Positions 10,247 to 20,757 of a stretch of 64,000 nt of DNA are shown piece by piece. Position 1 is the stretch's first letter. The number at the start of each line of letters is the position of its first letter. The position numbers and the translations under genes were made by a program. Source of the stretch: an uncultured virus (IMG/VR IMGVR_UViG_2850639881_000002) (taxonomy: Duplodnaviria; Heunggongvirae; Uroviricota; Caudoviricetes); the IMG/VR virus record IMGVR_UViG_2850639881_000002; one strand, written 5' to 3'. The notes beneath the pieces were generated by a model. The model was given only the letters and a program-made list of their open reading frames with translations, did no database searches and was not told the origin of the DNA.

Positions 10247-10845
10247 GAGATCCCCCTGTCCGCATTGATCTCCTGCAGGAGATCCGCCTCGAACTCGGCG
10301 AGGTTGTCCTCGAAGGAAAGGCCCTTCTGGCGCTTCCAGCGCCAGATCAGCCCCTTCTTCAGCAACCGCTCGGGAAAGAGCGTCGTATCGTCGTCGGCGC
10401 GAAACGCGTCGCGTTCCTCGTAAGGATCGCCGAGCACCCAATTTTTCGAGACGTAGTCGATCGTCGCGTCTGCGGAGGAACCAGCCGGCGAGAAGAGCAT
10501 CTCCCTGCCGCTGAGGTGGCAATAGGGCTCCGCCGAGCCGACGCCGACGATCACCGCCCATTGCGCCCCGTTGCTGACCGGCCGGAAGAAGCCGCCGGCG
10601 GCGGCCCGCACCCCCCCGCCGGGTGCCAGCCGCTGGTAGTCGGCGGGCAGGATTTCCGGCGAAGCGGAGACAGCATGCGTCTTCAGCATCCGCTTCCAGT
10701 CGGCGCGTCGGGCGATCTCCGCGCCCGCTTCCTCGGCGAGTGCCACCATTGTTTGCGCATTCGGATCATTCGTCCCGTAGACGCTGTCGAAGCGGTCGAG
10801 CGAGACGATGTCCGAGACTTTGTTGATCACGGTCAGCAGCGTCAT
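10243..10845 (-). CDS. head-tail adaptor protein
   Basis: Translationally coupled; motif LIWRWKRQKG. Confidence 0.65.
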   Translation of the reverse strand: MTLLTVINKVSDIVSLDRFDSVYGTNDPNAQTMVALAEEAGAEIARRADWKRMLKTHAVSASPEILPADYQRLAPGGGVRAAAGGFFRPVSNGAQWAVIVGVGSAEPYCHLSGREMLFSPAGSSADATIDYVSKNWVLGDPYEERDAFRADDDTTLFPERLLKKGLIWRWKRQKGLSFEDNLAEFEADLLQEINADRGIS

Positions 10846-11438
10846 GGCGTGAGCCCTCCGATGACGATTTCGGCGTTGCCCCAGCGCAGGCGCTCGTCGG
10901 CAAGCCCGAGCCCGGCCATCGCCTGGCGCTTCAGTGCCTCGGCAGCGCCGGCCTTGTCGGCATCGCGTTCCCAGATGGCGATCTCCTCGACGAGCGCGTA
11001 GAGATAGACGTCCGGCGCCTTTTCGATCAGCCAGTTGCTTGGCGCCGCGGGTGTCAGCGCCGGAATTTTCGCGTAGTAGGTCAGGCGGATGTCCCCGCCG
11101 CCCTTCGGCCGCACCTGAATGGCGCTGCCGACGATTGCATAACCAATCGGCGGACAGTCGGAGATCACGTGGCTGCTCAGTTCCTGCAGCGGCAGCGCCC
11201 GGAGCGCCCGGCTGTCAGGGGATAGTACCTGCCGCGCCTCGACGAAATCCGCCGGCAGGCTGCCCTCGCCCTCCGCCAGCGGCACCGTCGCCGTCTTCTC
11301 CATGTCGGCAGTCCGCATCACACGATTGAGCTTGAGCTCCGCGAGCGCAAGAAAACGCGGGAAGAGATGGGCGACGTCGTCGCGGCCGGAATAGTCGCCG
11401 GCGTCGACCAGGAGCGACGCATAGTCGGATATGATCAT
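10842..11438 (-). CDS. head-tail adaptor protein
   Basis: Motifs FLALAELKLNR..R and SNWL..APDVYLY. Confidence 0.7.
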   Translation of the reverse strand: MIISDYASLLVDAGDYSGRDDVAHLFPRFLALAELKLNRVMRTADMEKTATVPLAEGEGSLPADFVEARQVLSPDSRALRALPLQELSSHVISDCPPIGYAIVGSAIQVRPKGGGDIRLTYYAKIPALTPAAPSNWLIEKAPDVYLYALVEEIAIWERDADKAGAAEALKRQAMAGLGLADERLRWGNAEIVIGGLTP

Positions 11439-11758
11439 AGATGTCCCTCGAAGCTGCGCCATGCGCGGTTGTCGCCGTCGTTGAGCCACCGCTTCACATA
11501 GCGGTCGTCACCTTCGGAATGCGCCCGAACCAGGTTTTCGGAATGGGCGAGGTTGAGCGGAATCGAGGCGACCTTGGTCCATTCGCCGAAGGCATTGCCG
11601 GCGGTGGTGTTGCGGCTGAATTCGTTCTGGCGGACGAGGTTCTCGACCGGATAGTCCGTCCGCCAATGGGTCCTGTTGCCGTCCTCCATCACCCAGACGG
11701 AGCGGCCGGTCAGAAAATCATGATCGAAGAGCTTCCAGTTGCCGTCGCGCACGATCAT
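11435..11758 (-). CDS. phage hypothetical protein
   Basis: Coupled ORF; KVASIP..WLND motif. Confidence 0.7.
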   Translation of the reverse strand: MIVRDGNWKLFDHDFLTGRSVWVMEDGNRTHWRTDYPVENLVRQNEFSRNTTAGNAFGEWTKVASIPLNLAHSENLVRAHSEGDDRYVKRWLNDGDNRAWRSFEGHL

Positions 11759-11931
11759 CCTTCGTCACCTGGAAGAGGATCGTTGCGTTCGGCCTTGCCC
11801 TGTGCGATCAGGATCTTTGCCGCCTTGACCGGCAAATCGAGTACGGTGCCGGCTGGAATCCGTTCCTCGTCGATCGCCCAGGTATCATAGAGAAGCCTGA
11901 CGGGTACCGTGGTCGTCTTTGTGTCTGCCAT
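11755..11931 (-). CDS. small phage protein (58 aa, MADTKTTTVPVRLLYDTW...)
   Basis: Read by hand; GGAG RBS; stop overlaps the next start. Confidence 0.6.
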   Translation of the reverse strand: MADTKTTTVPVRLLYDTWAIDEERIPAGTVLDLPVKAAKILIAQGKAERNDPLPGDEG

Positions 11932-11997
11932 TCATTTCTCCCGAAGACAGGGACCGACGCGCAGTCGGTGCGCTTGAGCCGAACTTGGAACTCGGGG

Positions 11998-12993
11998 CTA
12001 GCTGGCGGAGCTCAGCCCGAAGAGATCGGCGGCAACGCCAAGGCCCCTCTCGTTGTGTACCTTCAGCGTGCCCTCGCCGATGATGACGCCCTTGTCAGCA
12101 TCGCCGGTCTTGGCGACGTCGCGGTCCTCCTGGATCTGGCGCAGCCACAGGAAGGAGAGCATGTCGGTGTCGATGAAGAAGGCGTTGCGGGCGACTCCGC
12201 CATTCACGGCCTGCACCCGGTTCGGGTGGATCATCACCGTGCCGAAAGGGCCTTCGTAATAGTCCGCCGTCGCGACGATGGTGTTGCGCTCGCCGCCCTG
12301 CGACACCGCATAGCGGAACGGCGCGACGTTGCTGTCGGACATGAAGGTGACGAAGACGGATTTGACATAGGGAGAGACAGAGACGTGACGGAAGTTGGCG
12401 CCGTTCTGGTAGCCCTGCTGCATCACGGAATCGAGGATCGCCTTGGTGAAGGGACGCTGCGTGCCGTCGGTCGGCGCCACGGTCAGACCCGTACCGATGT
12501 TGAAGCCGCCATTGGCGCCGCCGGCGCCCCTGGAAGCGTTGCTGGCGATCCAGGTGCTGAGCGATCCGAATTCACGCGTACTGCCGGCGACCGTTGCGTT
12601 CGTGTCGACGATCGCGAACTCCACGTCCTTCCGAATTTCGACGCCCTTCTTCAGTTTCTGGTACTTGCGCTTCTGCACGTTGCCGGCCTCCGCCGTCACC
12701 TCCTGGGTGGCGGAAATGATCCAGTCCTTACGCATGATCTGGGTATAGTTGCCGAGCCGCTTCGGCGGGGTGATGGCGCCGAAGGCATATTCCTCGCCCT
12801 CCTCGCGGATGTTGGCGCCGGGCGCGGCGAGCTCGTCCGTCTCCCATTCGGGGTGATAGGTGGTGCACTTGCCCTTTTCGATCAGCGAATAGATCGGTGT
12901 GTCTTCCGGCGTGATGCGCGACACCACGTCGGAAAGCTCCTCGCGATTGCCGACGGCCTGCGTCGTCTGGAATGTATTGGTTAGAACTGCCAC
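11998..12993 (-). CDS. major capsid protein (DUF5309/SU10-like)
   Basis: NREELSD..I.PEDTP, EW.TDEL, NYTQI and AKTGD motifs; follows the scaffold. Confidence 0.85.
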   Translation of the reverse strand: MAVLTNTFQTTQAVGNREELSDVVSRITPEDTPIYSLIEKGKCTTYHPEWETDELAAPGANIREEGEEYAFGAITPPKRLGNYTQIMRKDWIISATQEVTAEAGNVQKRKYQKLKKGVEIRKDVEFAIVDTNATVAGSTREFGSLSTWIASNASRGAGGANGGFNIGTGLTVAPTDGTQRPFTKAILDSVMQQGYQNGANFRHVSVSPYVKSVFVTFMSDSNVAPFRYAVSQGGERNTIVATADYYEGPFGTVMIHPNRVQAVNGGVARNAFFIDTDMLSFLWLRQIQEDRDVAKTGDADKGVIIGEGTLKVHNERGLGVAADLFGLSSAS

Positions 12994-13154
12994 TTCCTGA
13001 TCCTTCTATGATGATGAGACGCACCGGCCGCTCGGCCGAGGAGGCGCGGATGCCGATGATTCTGATGGGTTGCCTTTGCCTTGGGTAGCCGTTCTCGCAG
13101 CCGTCTACCCTCCGCCACGCAAGGGGGGCGCTGTCCGCCCAGGTCTTCCGGTCG

Positions 13155-14108
13155 CTATTCGAAATCGACCGCCATCGCGTCGCGGATCGACCCGCTTCTC
13201 ACGAGCCGCCGCATTGCCTCGCGACTTTCACGCTGCTGACGTTGTGCTTGGTTCTTCGCCTTCATCCGCGGCGCCGCAGCCGGTGCCACGGCCACCTTCT
13301 GCAAGGCCTTTGCCCTCGTTCGCTCCGCAAGAAGCCCGAGCCTGGCATAATGGGCAAGCTTGAAGAGCCGGTGGTCGACGACCTCGCGAATCTCCTCGTC
13401 GGAAAAGCCGAGTTCTCTCGCCGCCTCGAAAGCGTCTGCGAAGAAGGCTTGCCGCCCTTCATCCTGCCCGGTCTGCGGAAAGGCCTCGAGGAGCTTGGCG
13501 TTCTCTGCCTCCAGCCTCTTTTCACTCGCCGCGGTCTGAAGCTCGGCCGCAACGGCAGCCGGTCCTTCGCCCAGCGCCATTACCCGCGCAAGCTGCGCTA
13601 GCCCCGCCTGGTGTAGCGCCCACTGTCGCTGATAGGTCTCCGGATCGTGAAGCCTCAGCTCCTCCGACGGATTCGGGGGAATCTGGGCAGAGATCAGTTC
13701 CGCAACGGCATTGGCCGCAACCGCGACCCGGCTGCTCATGCTTTCGAGCATCCGCTCGCGGTTGGCGAGATCCTGTGTCTTATGCCGGTAGTCCCGGTCC
13801 CGCATGTAGCCGAGCTTCAGTTCCTCGAACGAAACCTCTTCCCCGCCCTCCAGCGTGACGATCGTGTTCTCGACTTCATCGTTTGCCTCCTCCTCGTCAG
13901 CAAGGATTGGTTCATCGCCTTCGCCGGCAGGATCATCCGGCTCGTGAACGTCCTCTATGGTCTCGCGGTCCAGGCCGTCCTGCTCCTCATCTGGCAGTTT
14001 GGCCTCGTGCGGCTCCCGGAAGTCGAGCTTGTCGAAGCTTGCAGGCTCATGCGAGCCGACAATGGTTTTGCTCCCGCCGGAAGGCGGGTTGGCACTATCG
14101 TGCGTCAT
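13155..14108 (-). CDS. capsid scaffolding protein
   Basis: Acidic N-terminus, GYMRDRDYRHKTQ, C-terminal SGSIRDA. Confidence 0.75.
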   Translation of the reverse strand: MTHDSANPPSGGSKTIVGSHEPASFDKLDFREPHEAKLPDEEQDGLDRETIEDVHEPDDPAGEGDEPILADEEEANDEVENTIVTLEGGEEVSFEELKLGYMRDRDYRHKTQDLANRERMLESMSSRVAVAANAVAELISAQIPPNPSEELRLHDPETYQRQWALHQAGLAQLARVMALGEGPAAVAAELQTAASEKRLEAENAKLLEAFPQTGQDEGRQAFFADAFEAARELGFSDEEIREVVDHRLFKLAHYARLGLLAERTRAKALQKVAVAPAAAPRMKAKNQAQRQQRESREAMRRLVRSGSIRDAMAVDFE

Positions 14109-14267
14109 GGAAAGACCTCTTGAGAGAATTCAGCGCGGAGGTGCCGCTTTCGCGCTTTCCCGCAGCGAGAAATTCGCGACTTTTCAAAATGCTGCACCGA
14201 TTTATGAATCAATTTGGCATAAGGCGCTTGAGGGCGGCGGGCCTGCCGCGCTCGATCTACGCGCGCT

Positions 14268-14504
14268 TCACACAGGCACGTTCGTGCCTTCGGCCTTGGC
14301 CTGCTCCGCCAGGAACTTCAGCTTTGCGCAGAAGTTGCGGACCGCCCGCGCTTCGGCCGCGAAGGCGGCCCGCGCTTCGTGGTCCGTGAATTTCGCATTG
14401 ATACAGCCGTTGATGGCCGCCGCCTCCAACTCCTGCATCAATCGCTCGAACAGCGGATTGTCGAGAAGCGCCCGCGCCGCCGCCTGTTTTTCCTCTGGCT
14501 TCAT
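14268..14504 (-). CDS. small phage head-associated protein
   Basis: ARALLDNPLF motif typical of the gene after the portal. Confidence 0.65.
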   Translation of the reverse strand: MKPEEKQAAARALLDNPLFERLMQELEAAAINGCINAKFTDHEARAAFAAEARAVRNFCAKLKFLAEQAKAEGTNVPV

Positions 14505-14714
14505 CTCAGCGCTCTTTCTTGCGAGCAGCCCGACCGACCAACCGAGCGGGGCACACGGCAGGATTGTTTATTGCCTTGAGTTTTTGCCGGCTGTCGGGAG
14601 GGGGGTCGTGCAGCCACCCCCGCTGCGCGGGGATGCGAGCCGGATAGAAGCGTCGTCGATTGCCGAAGATGAGTGGGTACGCACCGAAGATGACCAGCCG
14701 CCTCCGGGCCGCTT

Positions 14715-15005
14715 CTAGTCCCGCTCGAGGGAAAGCTTCGTTCCTATCTTCGTGATGCCTACATCCGGCGTGCCGTCGGTTGCCCAACAGGAGCATGGCT
14801 CGCCGGCGGGACCGGTGCCATAGGAGCAGACCTGGGCCGGTGTCGAGCATTGTCGTGGGCCTGGCTTGGCGGCCGTCTTGGTTGCCGGTGCTTGGACCTT
14901 GACCGATGCGCGTGCGGGCACCGCTGGCGCGGCCGATTCGCTGCAAGACGAAAGGACGAGCGGAAGCATAGCAAGGAACAAGCAGAGGTAGCGAACGGTT
15001 TTCAT
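14715..15005 (-). CDS. Cys-rich lipoprotein inserted after the portal
   Basis: Lipobox LSSC; four Cys in the C-terminal half. Confidence 0.65.
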   Translation of the reverse strand: MKTVRYLCLFLAMLPLVLSSCSESAAPAVPARASVKVQAPATKTAAKPGPRQCSTPAQVCSYGTGPAGEPCSCWATDGTPDVGITKIGTKLSLERD

Positions 15006-15052
15006 GCGCTAGCCATATTCTGAGGCGTGGCAGGTTTCAACCCCCCAAGTTC

Positions 15053-17107
15053 TCATCCTGATAGCCCTCCTATATGGACCGCCGTTACCGACTCGCCGCT
15101 TACCGCCTCCGCCATGCTCTGTTGTCGTTTCAGATCCAATTCGGCGTCGATCTGGTAGCGCCTCAACGCGCCCTTCTGCTGTATCTCTGCAAGCTTCAGC
15201 TCGCGCTCGATCTCCAGCCTGCGCCGGTCGTTTTCCGCGACAAGCCGCGCCTTCTCGGCGTCGGCCTGCGCCCGCATCTCAAGCTTCTGCATCTCGGCGT
15301 TCGGTTGGCTGGCACTCGCCTGCATGCGGCGCTGGATCTCCTCCGGCGTCGGCTTGGTGAAGTAGAGGTCGGGCGATTTCAGCCCCGCCGCCTCGACCGA
15401 TTTGGCGATGCCGTTATAGAGGTTGTCGGGCGAGACATAGGGATTATCCGGCCCCAGCGTCATCAGCAGCTTTTCCTGCAGCTGCTGAATCATCTGCATC
15501 ATCATCATGTCGCGCTCGCGGGTGCCGGCGCCGAGGCCGGTATTCACCGTCGCGTCCATCTCGGCGTTCCAATGGCGCGGATCGAAGGTTACCCATAGGC
15601 CACGCAGCCGCACGGCGCGCGGCCGGTCCTGGTGCTTGATGACGAGGCGCAACAGCCCCTTGAACACGCGCCTTAAGCCTTGCGCAAAGGTGCGCACCAT
15701 CAGTTCCGTCTGGCCGATCCCCGCCTGCTCGATCAGCGCCGTCGCCCGTGCCGTCATGTTGGTCAGCGCATCCGGCGCCAGTCCGCTCGAAGCGTCGGAA
15801 ATGCCGGTGCGGTCGGTCGCCTCCTGGTCGAGATAAGAGAGCATCGCGAAGGATTCTTTCGCCACGAAGGGCACCATCGTGTAGCCGAGCGCCGCCCGCG
15901 CATCGATGCCCTGGCTGACGCGGATCGGCTGGCCGAATTTCGGGTTGAGGACGGCTTCCGGGTTGGCGATCGCCCCTTCCTGGACGATCGGCTGCTGGTT
16001 GTTCTGCCAGTAGAGATTGTCGAGCGTCTGGCGCATCAGCACGGTCTTGACCCGCTGGATCTCCGCCATGTCGTCGGTAACCGAGCCGCCCTCGCGCTGG
16101 TGCGGCCGCCGCTCGATGATCAGGTCGGCAAACGGCACCTCGTCCCATTCCTCGTTGGAAAGCAGGTGCTCCTCGCCCGTGCCGCCGGCGAGGACGAGCC
16201 GCCGCAACTCGGCGATACCGTCATCATCGGCGTCCACCTTTACATAGAGCTCATAGTAATCCACCTCCTCCAGCGCCTTCGGCACGGCGTCCTTCGCCTC
16301 GAAGGCGTCGCGTCTCCGGGCAAATTCCTCGTCGTCGCGCCTGCTGTCGCCGGTCGAGGCCGGCAAGCCTTCGATCAGATCACGGTCGTAGCCCATGGCA
16401 ACGAGGTCCGAGCGGCGCATCCGCGTGGCAATGCCGGTAATCGGGCTGTCCGCGATGGAGATAGCTTCCGGGTGGATCAGAAATTCCTCGAGCGGCACGG
16501 CCGCCAGCCGCGGCGTGCCCCGCTCCAGACGGCGGCGGATCTTCACGCTGTAGCTCGGCTGTTCCACCACCCCTTGCGGCGTCTCGATCCTTTCAGTCGT
16601 TCGGGATTGCTCCAGCACCTCCACCGCGTCGTCGCCAACGAGTTGAATGAGCGCCGCTTCGTCGAGGCCGGTGTGGGTCGAGACCGCGACCGAAGTCTGC
16701 TTCTCGTACCACCAGCGGATCACGCCGTTGCGGAGCTTCAGCGCATCATGCGCCGCATCCTGCACGGCGTCGTAGCCGTCGCTTTCGGGAAAGACGACAT
16801 AGTTGATGTAGTCGCTCGCCTGTTCGGCCGCTGCCTCGTCGCCCTCGTTGACCGGCGCGTATTCCACCACCTTGTCGTTGCCGAGGATGGTGCGGATCAA
16901 CGATGGCAGCACCTTCTTGATCGCCGCGCGCACGTCGCGGGAGACGACCTTGGAACGGTTGGCATCCGCCGGCACGTCCTTCATCGTGCCGTCGTAATAT
17001 TCCATCGCCTTGATGCGATCGATGGCGAGTTCGTCACGATAGTTTTCGCAGTCCTTGACCAGTTGGCTGACAAGGGCGCAGAGGCGTTCATCGGTCATTG
17101 CGGCCAT
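15053..17107 (-). CDS. portal protein
   Basis: ~684 aa after TerL; RSKVVSRDV and TGISDASSG; coiled-coil C-terminal barrel. Confidence 0.85.
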   Translation of the reverse strand: MAAMTDERLCALVSQLVKDCENYRDELAIDRIKAMEYYDGTMKDVPADANRSKVVSRDVRAAIKKVLPSLIRTILGNDKVVEYAPVNEGDEAAAEQASDYINYVVFPESDGYDAVQDAAHDALKLRNGVIRWWYEKQTSVAVSTHTGLDEAALIQLVGDDAVEVLEQSRTTERIETPQGVVEQPSYSVKIRRRLERGTPRLAAVPLEEFLIHPEAISIADSPITGIATRMRRSDLVAMGYDRDLIEGLPASTGDSRRDDEEFARRRDAFEAKDAVPKALEEVDYYELYVKVDADDDGIAELRRLVLAGGTGEEHLLSNEEWDEVPFADLIIERRPHQREGGSVTDDMAEIQRVKTVLMRQTLDNLYWQNNQQPIVQEGAIANPEAVLNPKFGQPIRVSQGIDARAALGYTMVPFVAKESFAMLSYLDQEATDRTGISDASSGLAPDALTNMTARATALIEQAGIGQTELMVRTFAQGLRRVFKGLLRLVIKHQDRPRAVRLRGLWVTFDPRHWNAEMDATVNTGLGAGTRERDMMMMQMIQQLQEKLLMTLGPDNPYVSPDNLYNGIAKSVEAAGLKSPDLYFTKPTPEEIQRRMQASASQPNAEMQKLEMRAQADAEKARLVAENDRRRLEIERELKLAEIQQKGALRRYQIDAELDLKRQQSMAEAVSGESVTAVHIGGLSG

Positions 17108-18537
17108 CAGAGAACCTTTCGGGCGGTGAAATTCCAGTTTGCATTGCCGTTGTTGGCTCTCGCGTATCGCTTCATCATCAGCGCGTAGCGCGAGGCGGAG
17201 ATCAGGTCGTCGCGCTCCTTGACGATCCTGCCGTCCTTGCGGTGATAGAGGCGGAATTCCTCGAACCATTCCGCGCAGGTGGAAAACACCTTCCAGCGCC
17301 CGGTCTGCATTCGCTGCAGCATGTCGGAAAGCCCCGCCTCGACGCCATTGGTGCCGTCGTCGAAGGTCGCCCGCTCCGCAAGAAGTGGCAGCCCCTGGGC
17401 GCGGTACTGGGCGGCAAGCTGCTCTCCGCTTCCCTTGTCGTGCTGCAGGCCGTCATGCGGCCAGGCAAAGGGAAGCCAGGCGCCCCAGGGTTTCAGCGCC
17501 GCCGCATGGATGATCGGCGTCGCTTCGCGCTCGCGATAGATCCTGGTCACGTAGAAGACGTCGGCGTCACGATCCCAGGCGCAGCCGGCGGCGGCGAAAG
17601 GATGGTCCCAGCCGAAGTCGAGTCCGCCGATCTGCACCCAGTGCTTCGGTATGTCGAACGGATCGACGCGGATTGTCTCCTCCGTCACCGGAAATATCCG
17701 GCCGGAGCCAAGCCTGGGCACGCCCTTGGTGCGAGCCTCACGCTCATGCGCGGGGTAGCTGTCGATGATCCTCCGGCGCTCCTCCGGCGAATAGTGCTCC
17801 GCATCCTCGATCGTCATGGTGATGACCTCGCGATCCGGCGATTTCTCCATGAGATACCTCGCCACCACCGAGCTCAGGCCTTTGAGCGGCGTGAAGGTCA
17901 GTGCAATCGAGCCGCGTGTCGCATTGGTGCGGGTGATCCCCTCGAAATAGACGTCTTCCGGCGGCTCCTCGTCGAACCAGACATAGTCGACCGTGTTCGC
18001 CTGCCATTTGCCGCGACCTTGCTCATAGGCCTTGAAAAGCAGCGTCGACGTTCCGCCGGAGGCATGCCGCACCGTCACGCTGTCGAGCGCGCCGGAGGCG
18101 CCGGAGCGCCGTGTCGTGGCCTGGATCGCCGCCCTCGGAATGAAGCCGGTGCCCCAATCCTCCTCGTTGAGCGGCGGCCCGACGAGCAATCGCTGCACGC
18201 CGTCGCGCGTCAGCTCGTAGGACTCCGAGCCGGCGAGCATGACGATCGGCTTGTCGAAGCGTCTCCCCTGCCACCAGTCCGGGTAACGTCCTGTCAGGTG
18301 CATCGCCGCTTCGGCCGCTCCGGCCAGGGTCTTGCCGAGTTGATTGCCGGCCATGAACAGCCGCTCTCGATAGCTGGTTCCGGCCGCATGAAATTCCCGT
18401 TGCTTGGCATAGGGTCGGTAGCGCGTCAGAATGTCTGTCCGCCGCCGCCGGTCGAGCTCGGCCATCAGCACGACCTGCTCTTTCAGCATCGCCGATATCT
18501 CGGGCGCAGTCGCACCGGATGTGCTCGGTGGTGTCAT
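17107..18537 (-). CDS. terminase large subunit (P22 gp2-like)
   Basis: Walker A AGNQLGKT, Walker B WFDEEP, TFTP, nuclease DFGWDHP and DDLISASRY. Confidence 0.92.
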   Translation of the reverse strand: MTPPSTSGATAPEISAMLKEQVVLMAELDRRRRTDILTRYRPYAKQREFHAAGTSYRERLFMAGNQLGKTLAGAAEAAMHLTGRYPDWWQGRRFDKPIVMLAGSESYELTRDGVQRLLVGPPLNEEDWGTGFIPRAAIQATTRRSGASGALDSVTVRHASGGTSTLLFKAYEQGRGKWQANTVDYVWFDEEPPEDVYFEGITRTNATRGSIALTFTPLKGLSSVVARYLMEKSPDREVITMTIEDAEHYSPEERRRIIDSYPAHEREARTKGVPRLGSGRIFPVTEETIRVDPFDIPKHWVQIGGLDFGWDHPFAAAGCAWDRDADVFYVTRIYREREATPIIHAAALKPWGAWLPFAWPHDGLQHDKGSGEQLAAQYRAQGLPLLAERATFDDGTNGVEAGLSDMLQRMQTGRWKVFSTCAEWFEEFRLYHRKDGRIVKERDDLISASRYALMMKRYARANNGNANWNFTARKVL

Positions 18538-18705
18538 CCGTGGCGATTTCCCGTTTTCTGGTTAGAGTCCGCGCTTGGAGCATTTCTGATGCACGATCAG
18601 AAGAAGGGTCGGCGGGAGTGTCGCCGCTGGACTGCGATCGAATAAGTTCAATAATGGTTTCCGGCGCGCTTACGGCGCGGATCGCTCGGACGCAGACCAG
18701 GAGAC

Positions 18706-19053
18706 GTGCTCATGATCGAAGGCCATTGCCATTGCAGGGCGGTCCGCATCGCGGTACCGGTCCGTCCCGAAACCTTGGGCGATTGCAATTGCTCGCTCTG
18801 TAGCCGGCTCGGCGCGCTCTGGGGCTACTACGCCCCGAGCGACGTCACGGTAAGTGACGAAAACAAGCACCTCGTCGGCTACGTGCAGGGCGACAAGACG
18901 CTTACGGCTTTCCATTGCGGCATCTGCGGCTGCACCACGCACTGGTCGCCGATCGGCCGCGGTTCGGCGAAGATGGGCGTGAACCTGCGGATGTTCGACC
19001 GCTCAGTCTGGGAGGATATCCCGCACCGCCTCATCGATGGCGCAGCTTGGTGA
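18706..19053 (+). CDS. GFA family Zn-binding protein
   Basis: GHCHC, CNCSLC and FHCGICG. Confidence 0.9.
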   Translation: MLMIEGHCHCRAVRIAVPVRPETLGDCNCSLCSRLGALWGYYAPSDVTVSDENKHLVGYVQGDKTLTAFHCGICGCTTHWSPIGRGSAKMGVNLRMFDRSVWEDIPHRLIDGAAW

Positions 19054-19084
19054 AAGCCGGCGGGCGCCTCGATGGTACCCGCTA

Positions 19085-19194
19085 ACTGCATGTCTTTGTC
19101 CTTAAATCGACTTCGATTTTAGGACAACGACATGCAGCAATTCAAAGTGCTTCAGCGACCTTTTGCGCGCCTGATAAGGCGCGCGGCGCTGTAG
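19085..19194 (+). repeat. palindromic mosaic repeat, copy 2 (degenerate partial copy at ~19398-19460)
   Basis: Near-identical to 649..754. Confidence 0.85.
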
Positions 19195-19197
19195 GCG

Positions 19198-19353
19198 TCA
19201 TATCCTGCCCATCAGCAAGAGGATCAAGAGTATGACGACCACCACTCCGAGAAGCCCGGAAGGGCCATAGCCCCAGCTGGCCGAATAGGGCCAGGCCGGA
19301 ACCGCTCCGATCAGGAGCAGGATCAGAATAACGAGAAGAACAGTTCCAAGCAT
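19198..19353 (-). CDS. DUF3309-family small membrane protein
   Basis: MLGTVLLVILILLLIGAVPAWPYSASWGYGPSG..., read by hand; GGAGG RBS. Confidence 0.85.
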   Translation of the reverse strand: MLGTVLLVILILLLIGAVPAWPYSASWGYGPSGLLGVVVVILLILLLMGRI

Positions 19354-19675
19354 ATCGCGATCCTCCGCTGCACGATTCGCTGCTACGGCGACAAGATCAT
19401 GCAGCTATTCAAGTTACCGCAGCGATTTTCTCGCGTCTTGAAGGACGAAGAACGCTGCAAACTGCGTTCACATCCTATCGAATGCTGAAAGGTCTCTGTT
19501 GGTTCCGATCTTAAAGCAGGCCGGAACGCGCGCAGGGCGGGCTCGGTCCTCAGGCGGCATTGATCTGCGTGTACCGAGGGGAACAGCTTGCAAGTTCCAA
19601 AGGCATTTCTATGGGTTCGTTCTCGGCACCTGGAGAACATGCTAAACTTTCACTGGCAAAAGGGGGGAAGTCAAA

Positions 19676-20080
19676 ATGCCATGTATTGCGAACCTCTATT
19701 TCAAGACAGCCATTATCTTTTTGATCTTGGGCATCTCGATCGGCCTGCACATGTCGATCTCGGGCAATCACGCCGCCACCGGCGCGCATGCGCATGCCAA
19801 CCTGCTCGGCTGGGTAACGATGGCAATCTTCGGCGGCTACCATGCGCTCAATCCGCAAAAGGCGGCTAGGCGCCTGGCAACGATCCAATACGCCGTCTAC
19901 ACCTTCGGTGTGGCCGTCTTGATCCCGTCGCTCTACCTGTTGCTCTCCGGCAACGCCGCCATGGAGCCGATTGTCGCCGTTTCGTCGCTCATCGCCTTTG
20001 CCGGTGTTCTGCTGTTCGCCGTTATCATCTTCTCGAACAGCGAAGCGGCTGTGACGACCGCAACATCGCCGGCGCGCTGA
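19676..20080 (+). CDS. 4-TM membrane protein with HAHxNLLGW motif (heme-copper oxidase subunit I fragment-like family)
   Basis: Hydrophobic helices and conserved His motif. Confidence 0.7.
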   Translation: MPCIANLYFKTAIIFLILGISIGLHMSISGNHAATGAHAHANLLGWVTMAIFGGYHALNPQKAARRLATIQYAVYTFGVAVLIPSLYLLLSGNAAMEPIVAVSSLIAFAGVLLFAVIIFSNSEAAVTTATSPAR

Positions 20081-20503
20081 TCAGGGCGCCTTTTCCAAGC
20101 GCAAGGCACCGTCGCGCGCCGGTCGCCTCGGCCGGCGCGCCCGGGTTTTTCCCGCATCGAGCAGCGGCCGGATCGCCGCGTCCAGCGCGCGGATCCGCTC
20201 GATCAACTGCTCGTCCGAAAGCTCGTCCATGCCGCCCGCAGCCGCGTTCAAATCCTTGGGCAGAAGCGAGGCGACGAGCTTCAGGTAGGTCTCGGGCTTT
20301 TCCGCCCGAATGCGGGCGATCACGCCAACGCCGTGCGCCGCGAAATCCGCCCGCACCGCGTCGAGGAACGCGCTCCCCAACTGGCCACGCCACCTGGCTG
20401 CTCCCATCGGCGTGACGGATCCAGCCGCTGCATCGTCCGGCAACTCCGTCTGCGGTGCGGCGTTTTCGTCATCAAGCATCGCGCTCTCCGCTTGGTTGTC
20501 CAT
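20081..20503 (-). CDS. putative terminase small subunit-like protein
   Basis: FLDAVRADF..HG..I..R.EKP..YLKLVASLLPKD and DELSDEQL; same strand as, and upstream of, TerL; GAGG RBS. Confidence 0.55.
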   Translation of the reverse strand: MDNQAESAMLDDENAAPQTELPDDAAAGSVTPMGAARWRGQLGSAFLDAVRADFAAHGVGVIARIRAEKPETYLKLVASLLPKDLNAAAGGMDELSDEQLIERIRALDAAIRPLLDAGKTRARRPRRPARDGALRLEKAP

Positions 20504-20516
20504 CGCTCCGCCTCAT

Positions 20517-20621
20517 TAGAGCAATTCCAGGAAAAGTGTGTCACGGCTTTCCGTCCGGAATTGCGTAGTTTCAAGACGTTAGATCCTTTCATTGTGTCAG
20601 CGAAACGATGAAAGGATCTGA
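20517..20621. repeat. alphaproteobacterial palindromic repeat (TAGAGCAATTCCAGGAAAAGTG type) plus a second hairpin
   Basis: GCAATTCC..GGAATTGC and AGATCCTTTCAT..ATGAAAGGATCT inverted repeats. Confidence 0.65.
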
Positions 20622-20757
20622 GTATGCGGAGTTTTCGACGCGTGCATCCGATGCACGCGTCGCCACCCATAATTGCGCCAGAATCGCGACTCAGATTGAA
20701 TACCGAAGACCAGCATTGCCTGTCTTCGTCGAACCATTTCGCCATCAGCAGGGAAAC